Below, piece after piece: positions 28,317 to 38,768 of a stretch of 64,000 nt of DNA. Position numbers and translations under genes: made by a program. The DNA lies in assembly GCA_963761335.1 (NCBI GenBank), contig CAVXGR010000012.1:672001-736000 (forward strand), written 5' to 3'. Below the pieces are notes generated by a model, which was not told where the DNA came from, did not search any database, and saw nothing but the letters and a program-made list of their open reading frames with translations. Each line of letters begins with the position of its first letter. The first letter of the stretch is position 1. The stretch comes from an uncultured delta proteobacterium (GTDB lineage: Bacteria; Desulfobacterota; Binatia; HRBIN30; BPIQ01).

Positions 28317-28918
28317 TGGTCGTGCGCTGCTGCGGCCGTGTCGGTGGCCGGCGGCGCCGGCGCCGCGGTCACCCGGGCCAGGGCCAGCGCCTTCTTCACG
28401 GCACGGCTCGCGGCCTCGACCGAGAGCGTCGCGCCGGCGATGTTGGTGATCGCCTGGTAGGGCTGCAGCGAGTCGCCGGCCTGCTTGCCGCGGTACTGCA
28501 CCAGAAAGCGCCGGTTGCGCACCTCGCCGCCGTAGGCCTCTCGATAGGCGACCACGGCCACGTCCTGCACCCGGCCGTCGGTGCGCACGCCGACGGCGAA
28601 GGTGATCGGCCGGTGCTTGCCGATCTCCTCGACCAGGAAGGCGCGGCCGAGATTCTCGGCGCCGCGCCAGGCATCGAAGACGACGTAGCGGGGCTCCCAC
28701 ACCGACGGCGTCGCCCCGTCGAGGGCGGCGCGCAGCCGCGCCTGCAGCTCGGCGCCGGAGGCGATCTCGTGCCGTTCGAAGCGGTCGGCGTCGGGGAAGA
28801 CGGCGCGCGGCACCTCCTCACCGCTGAGGAAAATCCCCTCCTGGGCCCAGACCGGCGGCGCCGCACCCGCCGCCGCGGCCGCCGCGATCACCAACACAAG
28901 TACCGCAATTCCCCGCAT
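28313..28918 (-). CDS. Periplasmic FMN-binding protein
   Basis: Signal peptide; GKHRPIT, YREAYGGEV, FLVQY.GK, flavinylation motif IAGATLS. Confidence 0.88.
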   Translation of the reverse strand: MRGIAVLVLVIAAAAAAGAAPPVWAQEGIFLSGEEVPRAVFPDADRFERHEIASGAELQARLRAALDGATPSVWEPRYVVFDAWRGAENLGRAFLVEEIGKHRPITFAVGVRTDGRVQDVAVVAYREAYGGEVRNRRFLVQYRGKQAGDSLQPYQAITNIAGATLSVEAASRAVKKALALARVTAAPAPPATDTAAAAHDQ

Positions 28919-28935
28919 CTCGCCTCGAAAGGATT

Positions 28936-28952
28936 TTGAAAGTCATTTTCAA
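28936..28952. promoter_or_regulatory. Putative Fur box
   Basis: TTGAAAGTCATTTTCAA near-palindrome ~18 bp upstream of the start; minus-strand TTGACA at 28978..28973. Confidence 0.7.
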
Positions 28953-29019
28953 TTAGTACGGAGGCTCGGAGCTGTCAACCGCCAGCCGGTCATCCCCGGG
29001 CCTTCCCGTCAAAGCCAAA

Positions 29020-29069
29020 GTAGAAGCGCCGTCCCGGCGCTTTCCGAAGCGGCGAGACGCCGCTTCTAC
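29020..29069. repeat. Family B 50-bp element (reverse orientation)
   Basis: GTAGAAGCGCCGTCCCGGCGCTTTCCGAAGCGGCGAGACGCCGCTTCTAC. Confidence 0.9.
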
Positions 29070-29215
29070 TCGGCCCGCGAGCCGGCGGCAATCGCCTTGG
29101 ACGTTCCGCGAGATGGGCAAGCACACCAGGGAGGTCGGATCGGCAAGTCAGGACAGTACCCGCCGCCCCGCCCGCCTTGCGCCGGCGCCCCCGGCTCGGG
29201 CAGACTCGGAAATCG

Positions 29216-30268
29216 ATGTCCGACGAGCGGAGCCACCTCGGACGCCGGCGCCTGATCGCGGTCGCCGCAGTGATCCTCATCGCGGCCGCCGCCGGGACGG
29301 TGCTGTGGCTGAATCGCCAAGACAGCGACAAGGATACCCTCACCTTCTATGGCAACGTCGACATCCGCGAGGTGCAGCTCGCCTTCAACGACTCCGACAG
29401 GGTCGCCCGGGTGATGGTCCGCGAGGGCGACGCCGTCGAGCTCGGGCAGGTGCTGGCGGCGCTCGACGACCGCCGCTTCGCCGCCGCCGCGGCGCAGGCG
29501 CGCCACCAGGTCGGCGCGCAGCAGCAGGTCCTCTCGCGCCTGCTCGCCGGCTCGCGGCCGGAGGAGATCGCCCAGGCGAAAGCGACCATGGAGGCGCTGC
29601 AGGCCTCTCTGCGCAACGCCGAGATCGCCTACCAGCGCACCGAGAAGCTGCGGCGGCGGCAGGTGGTTTCCCGCCAGGAGCTCGACGACGCCCAGGCCAA
29701 GCTCGACGCGTCGCGCGGCAACTACCAGGCGGCGCGCCAGGCGTGGATTCTCGCCGTGAAGGGCCCGCGCGAGGAAGACATCTCCGGCGCCCGCGACCTT
29801 CTCGAGGCCAGGAAGGCCGCACTGACCCTCGCCGGACGCCAGCTGGCCGACACCGTGCTCCACGCCCCTTCTGCCGGCGTCATCGAGGAGCGCATCCTCG
29901 AGCCGGGCGACATGGCGTCGCCGGGGGTGCCGGTGCTCACCATGGCGCTCACCGACCCGATCTGGGTGCGCGCCTACGTCCCGGAGACCCAGCTCGGCCG
30001 CATCCGCATGGGCATGCGCGCCGAAATCCGCACCGACAGCTTTCCCGGCAAGGTCTATCGCGGCTGGATCGGCTTCATCTCGCCGACCGCCGAGTTCACC
30101 CCGAAGACGGTCGAGACCACCGACCTGCGCACCCGCCTGGTGTATCGCGTGCGCGTCTACGCCTGTAACCCGCAGGGAGAGCTGCGCCTGGGCATGCCGG
30201 CAACCGTGACGGTCCGTCTCGATCAGCCCACAACGCCGGCGGCCCCCTGCGAAGAATCCCGCCCGTGA
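29216..30268 (+). CDS. HlyD-family periplasmic adaptor (YbhG-like)
   Basis: YGNVDIREV.LAF, VREGD.V..GQ, coiled coil, FISPTAEFTPKTVET..LRT.LVYRVR. Confidence 0.92.
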   Translation: MSDERSHLGRRRLIAVAAVILIAAAAGTVLWLNRQDSDKDTLTFYGNVDIREVQLAFNDSDRVARVMVREGDAVELGQVLAALDDRRFAAAAAQARHQVGAQQQVLSRLLAGSRPEEIAQAKATMEALQASLRNAEIAYQRTEKLRRRQVVSRQELDDAQAKLDASRGNYQAARQAWILAVKGPREEDISGARDLLEARKAALTLAGRQLADTVLHAPSAGVIEERILEPGDMASPGVPVLTMALTDPIWVRAYVPETQLGRIRMGMRAEIRTDSFPGKVYRGWIGFISPTAEFTPKTVETTDLRTRLVYRVRVYACNPQGELRLGMPATVTVRLDQPTTPAAPCEESRP

Positions 30269-32046
30269 GCCCGGCCGAGCCCGCCGGTGCCGACACCGCG
30301 GCGCTGGCCTTCAGCGACGTCTGCAAGCAGTTCCGTGCGGGCAGCCGCGTCATCCAGGCGCTCGACAGCGTCAGCGCCGAGGTTCACCGCGGCACGGTCA
30401 CCGGCCTCATCGGCCCCGACGCCGCCGGCAAGACCACGCTCATGCGGCTGGCGGCCGGGCTGCTGACGGCGGACTCCGGGCGGATCCTCGCCCTCGGCCT
30501 CGATCCCGCCAGCGAGCCGCTCGCGGTGCAGGCGGCGCTCGGCTACATGCCGCAGCGCTTCGGCCTGTACGAGGATCTCACCGTGCGGGAGAACCTCGAC
30601 CTCTACGCCGACCTGCACGCCGTGCCGCCGCCGGCACGGCACGACCGCTACGACGAGCTGCTGCACATGACCGGGCTGGGGCGCTTCACCGATCGCCTCG
30701 CCGGCCGGCTGTCGGGAGGCATGAAGCAGAAGCTCGGCCTCGCCTGTGTCCTCGTTCACCCCCCGGAGCTGCTGTTGCTCGACGAGCCGACGGTGGGCGT
30801 GGACCCAGTCTCCCGGCGCGAGCTGTGGGCCATCGTCTACCGGCTGGTGGAAGAGCGGCACACCACGGTTCTTCTCAGCACCGCCTACCTGGATGAAGCC
30901 GAGCGCTGCAGCGAGGTGATCCTCATCCACGAGGGGAGAACGCTCGGCCAGGGAGCGCCGGCGACCTTCACCCGCCGCATGCAGGGGCGCGCCTTTCGCG
31001 TCTCGGCGCGCCACCAGTCGAAGCGCGCCCTGCAGCGGCAGATGGAAGGCGCGGCGGGGGTCATCGACGCGGTCATCCAGGGCGCCCACGTGCGCATCGT
31101 GACCAAGGAGGCCCAGGAGCCCGGGGCGCCGCTGCCGGTTGCGGCGCCGGCGGACACCGAGATCGTCCCGGCGCCGCCGCGTTTCGAAGACGCATTCATC
31201 GCCCTGCTGGGTGCCCCGAGCGCGCCGGCGACGCCGGCGGGGTACGGCTCCCCGCCGGCGGCCGCCGCTCGGGCAAGCGAGCCGGTGATCGCCGTGCGCG
31301 GCCTCAGCCGGCGATTCGGCGACTTCTACGCCGTCCGCGACGTGAGCTTCAGCGTGTCTCCCGGCGAGGTGTTCGGTCTGCTCGGTGCGAACGGCGCCGG
31401 CAAGTCGACCACCTTCCGCATGCTCTGCGGCTTGCTGCCGGCCTCGGAGGGGACCCTCCAGGTCGCCGGCGTCGATCTGCGCCGCGCCGCGGCGCGGGCG
31501 CGACGGCGCATCGGCTACATGGCGCAGAGATTCTCGCTCTACGCCGACCTCTCGGTGGAAGACAACCTGCGCTTCTTCGCCCGCTCGTACGGCCTGCGAG
31601 GCGAGGCGCAGCAGCGGCGCCTCGCCTGGGCGATGGCGGAGTTCGAGCTGGCATCCTACGCCGAGACCACCAGCCGCGACCTGCCGCTCGGCTACAAGCA
31701 GCGCCTGGCGTTGGGCGCGGCGCTGATGCACGAGCCCGACATCCTCTTTCTCGACGAGCCGACGTCCGGGGTCGACCCGCTGGGCCGGCGCGAGTTCTGG
31801 CGCCGCATCAACGCCCTCGCCGAGAGCGGCGTCACCGTGCTGGTCACCACCCACTTCATGGAGGAGGCCGAGTACTGCGATCGCCTGGTGGTCATGGCGC
31901 GCGGCAGAATCCTTGCCGAAGGCACCTCGGAAGACATGAAGGCGCACCTGCGCAGTGCCGCGAATCCGGAGCCGAGCCTCGAGGACGCCTTCGTGGCGCT
32001 GATCGAGGCGAACGAGCCCGAGCCCGGGAGCGGCGATGCGGCCTGA
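30265..32046 (+). CDS. Dual-domain ABC ATPase (YbhF-like)
   Basis: Two NBDs: GPDAAGKTT/LSGGMKQK and GANGAGKST/LPLGYKQR. Confidence 0.93.
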   Translation: MSPAEPAGADTAALAFSDVCKQFRAGSRVIQALDSVSAEVHRGTVTGLIGPDAAGKTTLMRLAAGLLTADSGRILALGLDPASEPLAVQAALGYMPQRFGLYEDLTVRENLDLYADLHAVPPPARHDRYDELLHMTGLGRFTDRLAGRLSGGMKQKLGLACVLVHPPELLLLDEPTVGVDPVSRRELWAIVYRLVEERHTTVLLSTAYLDEAERCSEVILIHEGRTLGQGAPATFTRRMQGRAFRVSARHQSKRALQRQMEGAAGVIDAVIQGAHVRIVTKEAQEPGAPLPVAAPADTEIVPAPPRFEDAFIALLGAPSAPATPAGYGSPPAAAARASEPVIAVRGLSRRFGDFYAVRDVSFSVSPGEVFGLLGANGAGKSTTFRMLCGLLPASEGTLQVAGVDLRRAAARARRRIGYMAQRFSLYADLSVEDNLRFFARSYGLRGEAQQRRLAWAMAEFELASYAETTSRDLPLGYKQRLALGAALMHEPDILFLDEPTSGVDPLGRREFWRRINALAESGVTVLVTTHFMEEAEYCDRLVVMARGRILAEGTSEDMKAHLRSAANPEPSLEDAFVALIEANEPEPGSGDAA

Positions 32047-33160
32047 CGGAATCATGCGGCTGCGCGGCATGCTGCGCAAAGAGGCGCTGCAGATCCTGCG
32101 CGATCCCTCCAGCATCGCCATCGCCTTCGTGCTGCCGGTGCTCCTCCTGTTCATCTTCGGCTACGGCGTCTCCCTCGACGCCCGCAACGTTCCCGTGGGC
32201 CTGGTGGTCGAGAGCCCGGACGCCCTGACGCAGAGCCTGGTCGCCGCCTTCGATCATTCGCCGTACTTCGCGCCCGTGCGGATGAGTGACGTGCAGCACG
32301 CCGAGCGCGCCCTGGCGGAGCGGCGCATCGACGGCATCGTCTGGCTGCGCAGCAACTTCACGCGGCAGGCGCTCGCCGGCGGCAATGCCCCCATCGGCGT
32401 CATCGTCAACGGCGTCGACGCCAACAACGCGCGCATCATCGAGGGATACGTCCAGGGCATCTGGGCCGACTGGCTGTCCCGGATCGCCGGCAGCCGAGGC
32501 GACTCGCTCGCCATCCCGGTACAGGTCGAGCACCGCATCTGGTTCAACGCCGGCATGCGCAGCCGCGACTACCTCGTCCCCGGCCTGATCGCCGTGATCA
32601 TGACGCTCATCGGCGCGCTGCTCACGGCCATGGTGATGGCGCGCGAGTGGGAGCGCGGCACCATGGAAGCCCTGATGGTCACCCCGGTGACCATCCGCGA
32701 GATCCTGGTGAGCAAGCTGCTGCCGTACTTCGCACTCGGCATGGGCGGCATGAGCCTGTCGGTGGCGCTGGCCCACTGGCTCTTCGCCGTGCCGCTGCGG
32801 GGCTCGCTGCTGGTTCTCATGGGCGCCTCGGCGCTCTTCCTGCTCGCCGCTCTCGGGATGGGCCTGCTCATCTCCACGGCCGCCAAGAACCAGTTCGTCG
32901 CCGGCCAGGTCGCCATCGTGGCGACCTTCCTGCCCGCCTTCATCCTCTCGGGGTTCATCTTCGACGTCGGCAGCATGCCGAAGGCGGTGCAGATCATCAC
33001 GCGGGTGATCGCCGCCCGCTACTTCGTCAGCATTCTGCAGACCGTTTTCCTCGCGGGCAACGTCTGGCGGGTCATCCTGCCCAACGCCCTGGCGCTGCTG
33101 GTGATGGCCGTCCTCTTTCTGGCCCTGGCACGGCGGCTGGCGCGCAAGCGCCTCGAGTGA
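32036..33160 (+). CDS. ABC permease (YbhS-like)
   Basis: KEALQILRDPSS, AREWERGTMEAL, LSGFIF. Confidence 0.92.
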   Translation: MRPDGIMRLRGMLRKEALQILRDPSSIAIAFVLPVLLLFIFGYGVSLDARNVPVGLVVESPDALTQSLVAAFDHSPYFAPVRMSDVQHAERALAERRIDGIVWLRSNFTRQALAGGNAPIGVIVNGVDANNARIIEGYVQGIWADWLSRIAGSRGDSLAIPVQVEHRIWFNAGMRSRDYLVPGLIAVIMTLIGALLTAMVMAREWERGTMEALMVTPVTIREILVSKLLPYFALGMGGMSLSVALAHWLFAVPLRGSLLVLMGASALFLLAALGMGLLISTAAKNQFVAGQVAIVATFLPAFILSGFIFDVGSMPKAVQIITRVIAARYFVSILQTVFLAGNVWRVILPNALALLVMAVLFLALARRLARKRLE

Positions 33161-33164
33161 GCCG

Positions 33165-34280
33165 ATGACCAGCCTGCTGCAGATCTACGGGCTCATCGTC
33201 AAGGAGCTGCTGGCGGTGATCAGGGACCGGCGCACCCGCTTCGTGCTCATCGGCCCACCCATCCTCCAGCTCCTCGTCTTCGGCTACGCCGCCACCTTCG
33301 ACCTCAACCACGTGCGCTTCGCCGTCTACAACGAAGACGCGTCGGCCCCGGCGCGCCAGCTGGTGGCGGGCTTCGCCGGCTCGCCCAGCTTCGAGCAGGT
33401 GGCGCAGCTCAGCCATTCGGGGGAGATTGCGCCCCTCATCGACACGCGCGAGGCCCTGATGGTGCTGCACATCGGCCCCACCTTCAGCCGCGACCTGCGG
33501 CGCGGCCGCGCAGCGGCCGTGCAGGTGATCATCGACGGGCGCAACTCGAACACCGCGCTCCTGGCTCTCGGCTATGCGCGCACGGTGGTGAACGACTTCA
33601 GTCGCCGTTGGCTGGAGGAGCACGGCGGCCGCCAGCCGCCGGCATTTCTCGCCGTGCGGGCCCGATACAACCCCAACCTCGAATCGCGATGGTTCATCGT
33701 CCCCGGCATCGTGGCGCTGCTGACCATGGTCGTCACCCTCCTGGTCACCGCCCTGTCGGTGGCGCGGGAGCGCGAGATGGGAACTCTCGATCAGCTGCTG
33801 GTCACACCCATGCGGCCACTCGAGATCCTCGTGGGGAAGACGGTCCCCGGGCTGGTCATCGGCTCCCTGGAAGCCGCCTTCATCATCGCCATGACGGTGC
33901 TGTGGTTCCGAATTCCCCTGCGCGGCTCGCTCCCCGCCCTGGGTCTCGGCCTGCTGCTCTACCTGCTTGCCGTCGTCGGCATCGGCCTGATGATCTCCTC
34001 GCTGGCGTTGACCCAGCAGCAGGCGCTGCTCGGCACCTTCCTGTTTCTGGTGCCGGCCGTGGTCCTCTCCGGCTTCGCCACGCCGATCCTCAACATGCCG
34101 CCGGCGGTGCAGGCGATCACCTACCTCAATCCGATGCGCTATTTCCTCGTCGTCGTCCGCAGCGTATTCCTCGAGGGCGGCGCCGCGAAGCTGCTCGTCT
34201 CTCAGTACTGGCCGATGGCCCTGATGGGAGTCGGCACCCTGGCGATCGCCGCCTGGCTGCTGCGCCGGCGGATGTACTGA
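33165..34280 (+). CDS. ABC permease (YbhR-like)
   Basis: FGYAATFD, SVAREREMGTLDQLLVTP, LSGFATPI. Confidence 0.92.
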   Translation: MTSLLQIYGLIVKELLAVIRDRRTRFVLIGPPILQLLVFGYAATFDLNHVRFAVYNEDASAPARQLVAGFAGSPSFEQVAQLSHSGEIAPLIDTREALMVLHIGPTFSRDLRRGRAAAVQVIIDGRNSNTALLALGYARTVVNDFSRRWLEEHGGRQPPAFLAVRARYNPNLESRWFIVPGIVALLTMVVTLLVTALSVAREREMGTLDQLLVTPMRPLEILVGKTVPGLVIGSLEAAFIIAMTVLWFRIPLRGSLPALGLGLLLYLLAVVGIGLMISSLALTQQQALLGTFLFLVPAVVLSGFATPILNMPPAVQAITYLNPMRYFLVVVRSVFLEGGAAKLLVSQYWPMALMGVGTLAIAAWLLRRRMY

Positions 34281-34453
34281 CGGGTCAAGAATGCCTCTGC
34301 CCAGCGGGATGTCCGTTGGCTGCGGGCAGGTTGTTGGTTGCTACGCTGTTAGGTTGTTGGGTCAGTTCACCCCTTCTTACAACAACCAACAACGCAACAA
34401 CCTAACAACCTTCGGCGGGGCCACCGTCCGTTCGACTCCTTGGGCAAAGCCGG

Positions 34454-35518
34454 TCAAGAATGCCCCCGGTAGAGGCCGCGGCCGGTGATCAGCGGCAGAT
34501 CCAGCGCCGACAGCAGACCGGCGGCGGCCTGGCACACGGCCGGGATGGCGTTCACCAGCCGGGTGGCGGTGAGCACCACGCCGCCGACGGCGTGATCGCC
34601 GTGCTCGTCCTCGAACTCCAGCTCGCAGCTCATTTTGGGGAAGCCCTTGATGATGACCCGGTAGCTGCCGTTGCCGACCGGCCATTCGGGGGCGAGGTCG
34701 TCGTCGATGCGGGTGACGTGCTCGACGACGATTGCCGGACGTCCGCCGACGATCCCCTGCACCTCGAAGCGCAGCGCCGCCATGGTCCCCGGCTCGACGG
34801 TGTGCTCGCCGATGCGAATCGGCTTCACCGCCGGGCGCTTCTCGTACGTCGAGCCGACGGACTCGAGCTCGACACCAAGGCCTTCGGCGAGCAGGTGCAC
34901 GGTGCCCCCCCAGGCGAACTCCAGGGTACCGGGGGTCAGCAGCAACGGCGTCTCCTCGAGCGGCTTGCCGAAGCCCATGGTCTCGAAGAGCACCTGCGGC
35001 TGATCGTAGGTGGCGTAGTTGATGATCTCGAGGACGCGCACCTCCTCCCAAGTGCCGCACAGGCCGCTCAGCGTCAGGGGCAGAAGGTCGTTGGCAAACC
35101 CCGGATCGATCCCCGAGGTGAAGCAGGACGTGCCGCCGGCGCGGCAGGCGGCCTCGAGCTGATCGCGCAGCTCGGGGACGAAGGAGCGCGGATGCACCAG
35201 CGGCACGATGGAGCTGGACACCACGTTCTTCCCCGAGGCGAGGATGCGGCAGATGTCCTGCGCCGCCTCGAAGGGGCGCAGATCGGCGGTGGCGGTGTAG
35301 CAGACGCAGTCCGCCTGCAGAGCCAGAATGGCCTCTACGTCGTTCGACGCCCTGACGCCGACGGGCCCGAGGCCACAGAGGTCGCCGGCATCTCTGCCCG
35401 ACTTGGCGGCGCTGTGCACGCACACCCCGACCAGCTCCGTCTGCGGGTGCTCGATGAGGCAGCGAAGCGCAAAGGTGCCGACGTTTCCCGTGCCCCACTG
35501 GATGACGCGATAGCCCAT
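34454..35518 (-). CDS. NAD(P)-dependent dehydrogenase, DapB-like / diaminopentanoate dehydrogenase family
   Basis: VIQWGTGNVG, ILASGKNVV, GIDPGF, NAIPAVC.A..GL. Confidence 0.82.
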   Translation of the reverse strand: MGYRVIQWGTGNVGTFALRCLIEHPQTELVGVCVHSAAKSGRDAGDLCGLGPVGVRASNDVEAILALQADCVCYTATADLRPFEAAQDICRILASGKNVVSSSIVPLVHPRSFVPELRDQLEAACRAGGTSCFTSGIDPGFANDLLPLTLSGLCGTWEEVRVLEIINYATYDQPQVLFETMGFGKPLEETPLLLTPGTLEFAWGGTVHLLAEGLGVELESVGSTYEKRPAVKPIRIGEHTVEPGTMAALRFEVQGIVGGRPAIVVEHVTRIDDDLAPEWPVGNGSYRVIIKGFPKMSCELEFEDEHGDHAVGGVVLTATRLVNAIPAVCQAAAGLLSALDLPLITGRGLYRGHS

Positions 35519-35616
35519 TGATTCTCCTTCCGGCCGGCGAAGCTCTCACATCGCCCGCCAGCGGATCAAGCTGGGCGCGGTCAAGACCCCCCGGCGGCAT
35601 TTCCGCTCCGGACAAA

Positions 35617-35666
35617 GTAGAAGCGCCGTCCCGGCGCTTCCCGAAGCGGCGAGACGCCGCTTCTAC
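35617..35666. repeat. Family B 50-bp element (reverse orientation)
   Basis: GTAGAAGCGCCGTCCCGGCGCTTCCCGAAGCGGCGAGACGCCGCTTCTAC. Confidence 0.9.
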
Positions 35667-35935
35667 CGGCCCCGGCACCTCCCCACTCACGGCACCCGCA
35701 CTCGCCATCCCACTCATTAGCAAGGCTCAATGTGAGCCGATGCAGAGATGAGAATGTCGATTGCCACGGGTGGGAAAGGCTCGAGGGCCGCGGCGAAAAC
35801 GCGGCGCGGAAGGGCGGGGGCAAGATTGCGGCATTCGGCTTGCTCAACGACAGTCCGACGCCCGATCCCGGGCAGGATGATTGTGGTGGATTGCAGGCCG
35901 GCAGGGTCTCACGGACGCTGCCAGGAGGAAGAAAG

Positions 35936-38584
35936 ATGCGTAAGAGCGCCGTCTTCTACCCAGTGATCGTAGCCGCGTGTCTCGGCTTGGCATTCGCGAT
36001 GGGGGGGTGCAGCGGCAGTGACGGCGCCCCCGGGCAGAAGGGAGACCCGGGGGCCAAGGGCGATCCGGGCGATCCGGGAGCGCCGGGAGTGACCACCGCG
36101 GCCTTGCAGGGCACGGTGACCAACAGCCTCACCGGCAACGGCGTTGCCGGCGCCACCATCAGCCTCGATCCCGCCGTCGCCGACACCAGCATCGTCACCG
36201 CCGACGATGGGAGCTACTCGGCGCAGCTGCCGTTCGGCGTCTATGCCGTGACCGTCGAGGCCCCCAACTACACGACACAGACGAACAGCGTCAGCCTGAT
36301 CGCCGGCGGGGCGGCGACCAAGGACGTCGTCCTCGAGCCCGTCGCCCCGGTGGTGATCACCACCAAGGTGGACGGAAGTCCCATCCCCGGGAACAAGCTC
36401 ACCGCCTCGGCGACCGTCGCGGTGATGGACGGCTCGCAGCTGAACAGCGTCACCTGGAGTCAGAAGAGCGGCGCCGCGGCCGATCTCACGCCCGCCGGCA
36501 ACAATGCCGTGGACGTCGTCCTGCCGGAAGTCACCGCCTTCAAGGATCATTTCTTCGACATCGTCGCCAACGAGCGCCATGCGCTTCTCGACCGCAACAC
36601 GGTCGTGGGCGTCACCCCGTTCGACTACGACGAAGCCAGTGCCGTCGCCTTGGAAGTGACCGTGGTCACCTCCAAGGGGACCTACACCAGCGACGCCGAG
36701 GTCGCGGCCGAGCTTCCCTTCAACTGGCAGGGAGGCATTCGCCGGATACCGATCGGCGTCGCCATCCTCCTGCACGGCAAGAGCAAGGCGGACGGCAGCT
36801 CCTACCAGTGGACCGTGACACCACCGGCCGCCTCCGCGATCACCGGCCTCATGGACGCCGACACGCAGAATCCCTACTTCACGCCGGACGTCGCCGGAAA
36901 GTACGTGGTGAGCGAGTCGGAGATCGGCGCCAGCCTGGAGCTCTACGCCGGCTCCTGGGTGGGGGCGCTGGACTCGCAGGGACAGCCCAACACCGTGTGC
37001 ACCGCCTGCCACGACGGCGACCTCGCCCCGGACAAGTTCACTCCGTGGATCAAGTCCGGGCACGCGGAGATCTTCAAGCAGAACCTCAACGACGGCGGCC
37101 ACTACAGCTCGGCGTGCTTTTCCTGCCACACCGTCGGCTACAACCTCGCGGTCTCCAACAACGGCGTCGACGACCAGCCGGATTACCCGGCGTTCCTCGA
37201 CCACTTCTTCCCCGGCGGCCACTCGCCGATGACCAACCCGAACAACTGGAACACCGTGCTCACCGACTATCCGACGGTAGCGCACCTGGCGAACGTCCAG
37301 TGTGAGAACTGCCACGGGCCGATCGACGGCGCCGAGCATCGCAATGTGATGCCGCTGGCCGGGCGCAGCGTCTCCTCCGACGTCTGCGGCGTCTGCCATG
37401 GCGAGCCGACGCGCCACGGCCGCTTCCAGCAGTGGCAGGAGAGCCTCCACGCCGACTACACGCTGGCCGAGGAGGAGGCGACCGTCGAGAACCGCGGCGC
37501 CACCGCCGCACACTGCGGCCGCTGCCATGCCGCACAGGGCTTCCTCGCCTGGATCGATCAGGGCGATCTGACCAAACAGATTCAGGGGGCCAGCGGCAAC
37601 GCCACGGTGGCCGAGCTGACCGCCCTCGGCTTGACGGTCGACACGGTTCATCCGCAGACGTGCGTGGTCTGCCACGATCCGCACGCCCAGGGCACCACCT
37701 CGGGAGAGCCGAACACGGCGACGGTGCGCATCAGCGGCGACACCCCGATGCTGCCGGCCGGCTTCGCCGCCACCGGCGTCGGTCGGGGCGCCATCTGCAT
37801 CACCTGTCACAACACCCGCAACGGCGCTCACAACGACCAGGTCGGTCTGCCGAGCAACTACTCGGCACCGCACACCCCGGCGCAGGGCGACGTGCTCATG
37901 GGGCAGAACGCCTACTTCGTCACCATCGGCGACCGCTCCCCGCACTCGTTCATCGAGGACACCTGCGCCACCTGCCACATGGAGCTGACGCCGCCGCCGC
38001 CGGAGTTCAGCCTCAGCGGCGCCGGCACCAACCACTCTTTCACCGCCAGCATCACCATCTGCGGCCAGTGCCACGGCGTCTTCGATGGCGGCACCCTGCA
38101 GGCGACCGTCGAAGGCGAGCTGGAGGATCTGGGCGCATCGATGGGCGGCTACCTGCAGGCGCGCATCGACGGCGCCGGCACCATCGTTCTCAGCGACTAC
38201 ACGCCGCACGATTACAACGGCGCCGCCTACGACCTGAAGAGCGCCGCAGTGACGGTGGAAGCCAGCAACATCACCTCGCTGTCGCCCACCGAGCCCCACG
38301 GCCAGCAGGGCTACATCGTCAACTTCGCCACCCCGGTGGATTTCACTTACAGCCCCGCGGGCGAGACGCCGCACACGGTCTCGTTGATGCAGGCCCAGGT
38401 TCAGCTCGGCGACTTCGCGATGGCGGACGGCACCACCAAGATCATCGCCGCCGGCGACCCGCTGGTGCGGGCCGGGTGGAACTACTTCCTGATCCACGGC
38501 GACGCCAGCAAGGGCATCCACAACCCGAGCTTCACGCAGGCGGTGCTCAACGCTTCGCAAGCCGCGCTGCAATCGACGCCGTAG
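35936..38584 (+). CDS. Nine-haem cytochrome c lipoprotein with collagen-like segment and carboxypeptidase-regulatory-like domain
   Basis: AGGAGG RBS; lipobox-like MGGC; G-X-Y run; CTACH, CFSCH, CENCH, CGVCH, CGRCH, CVVCH, CITCH, CATCH, CGQCH; C-terminal GDASKGIHNP. Confidence 0.92.
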   Translation: MRKSAVFYPVIVAACLGLAFAMGGCSGSDGAPGQKGDPGAKGDPGDPGAPGVTTAALQGTVTNSLTGNGVAGATISLDPAVADTSIVTADDGSYSAQLPFGVYAVTVEAPNYTTQTNSVSLIAGGAATKDVVLEPVAPVVITTKVDGSPIPGNKLTASATVAVMDGSQLNSVTWSQKSGAAADLTPAGNNAVDVVLPEVTAFKDHFFDIVANERHALLDRNTVVGVTPFDYDEASAVALEVTVVTSKGTYTSDAEVAAELPFNWQGGIRRIPIGVAILLHGKSKADGSSYQWTVTPPAASAITGLMDADTQNPYFTPDVAGKYVVSESEIGASLELYAGSWVGALDSQGQPNTVCTACHDGDLAPDKFTPWIKSGHAEIFKQNLNDGGHYSSACFSCHTVGYNLAVSNNGVDDQPDYPAFLDHFFPGGHSPMTNPNNWNTVLTDYPTVAHLANVQCENCHGPIDGAEHRNVMPLAGRSVSSDVCGVCHGEPTRHGRFQQWQESLHADYTLAEEEATVENRGATAAHCGRCHAAQGFLAWIDQGDLTKQIQGASGNATVAELTALGLTVDTVHPQTCVVCHDPHAQGTTSGEPNTATVRISGDTPMLPAGFAATGVGRGAICITCHNTRNGAHNDQVGLPSNYSAPHTPAQGDVLMGQNAYFVTIGDRSPHSFIEDTCATCHMELTPPPPEFSLSGAGTNHSFTASITICGQCHGVFDGGTLQATVEGELEDLGASMGGYLQARIDGAGTIVLSDYTPHDYNGAAYDLKSAAVTVEASNITSLSPTEPHGQQGYIVNFATPVDFTYSPAGETPHTVSLMQAQVQLGDFAMADGTTKIIAAGDPLVRAGWNYFLIHGDASKGIHNPSFTQAVLNASQAALQSTP

Positions 38585-38609
38585 TCCGACGGCATCGCAG
38601 CTCCCCCGG

Positions 38610-38647
38610 GGGGCGGGCGCTGAGAGCAGCGCCCGCCCCTTTTTTTT
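38610..38647 (+). terminator. Rho-independent terminator
   Basis: GGGGCGGGCGCTG-AGAG-CAGCGCCCGCCCC followed by T8. Confidence 0.88.
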
Positions 38648-38768
38648 CGTGCTCGTGCTCGTGCTCGCGGGTTACCCGCAACGCCGCGGCGGGCCCCGCC
38701 CCCCCGACGGGACGGCGGGCTTCGCTTCGCTGGAATTGTGGTCGTGGATGCGCAACAGATGGCTGTGG

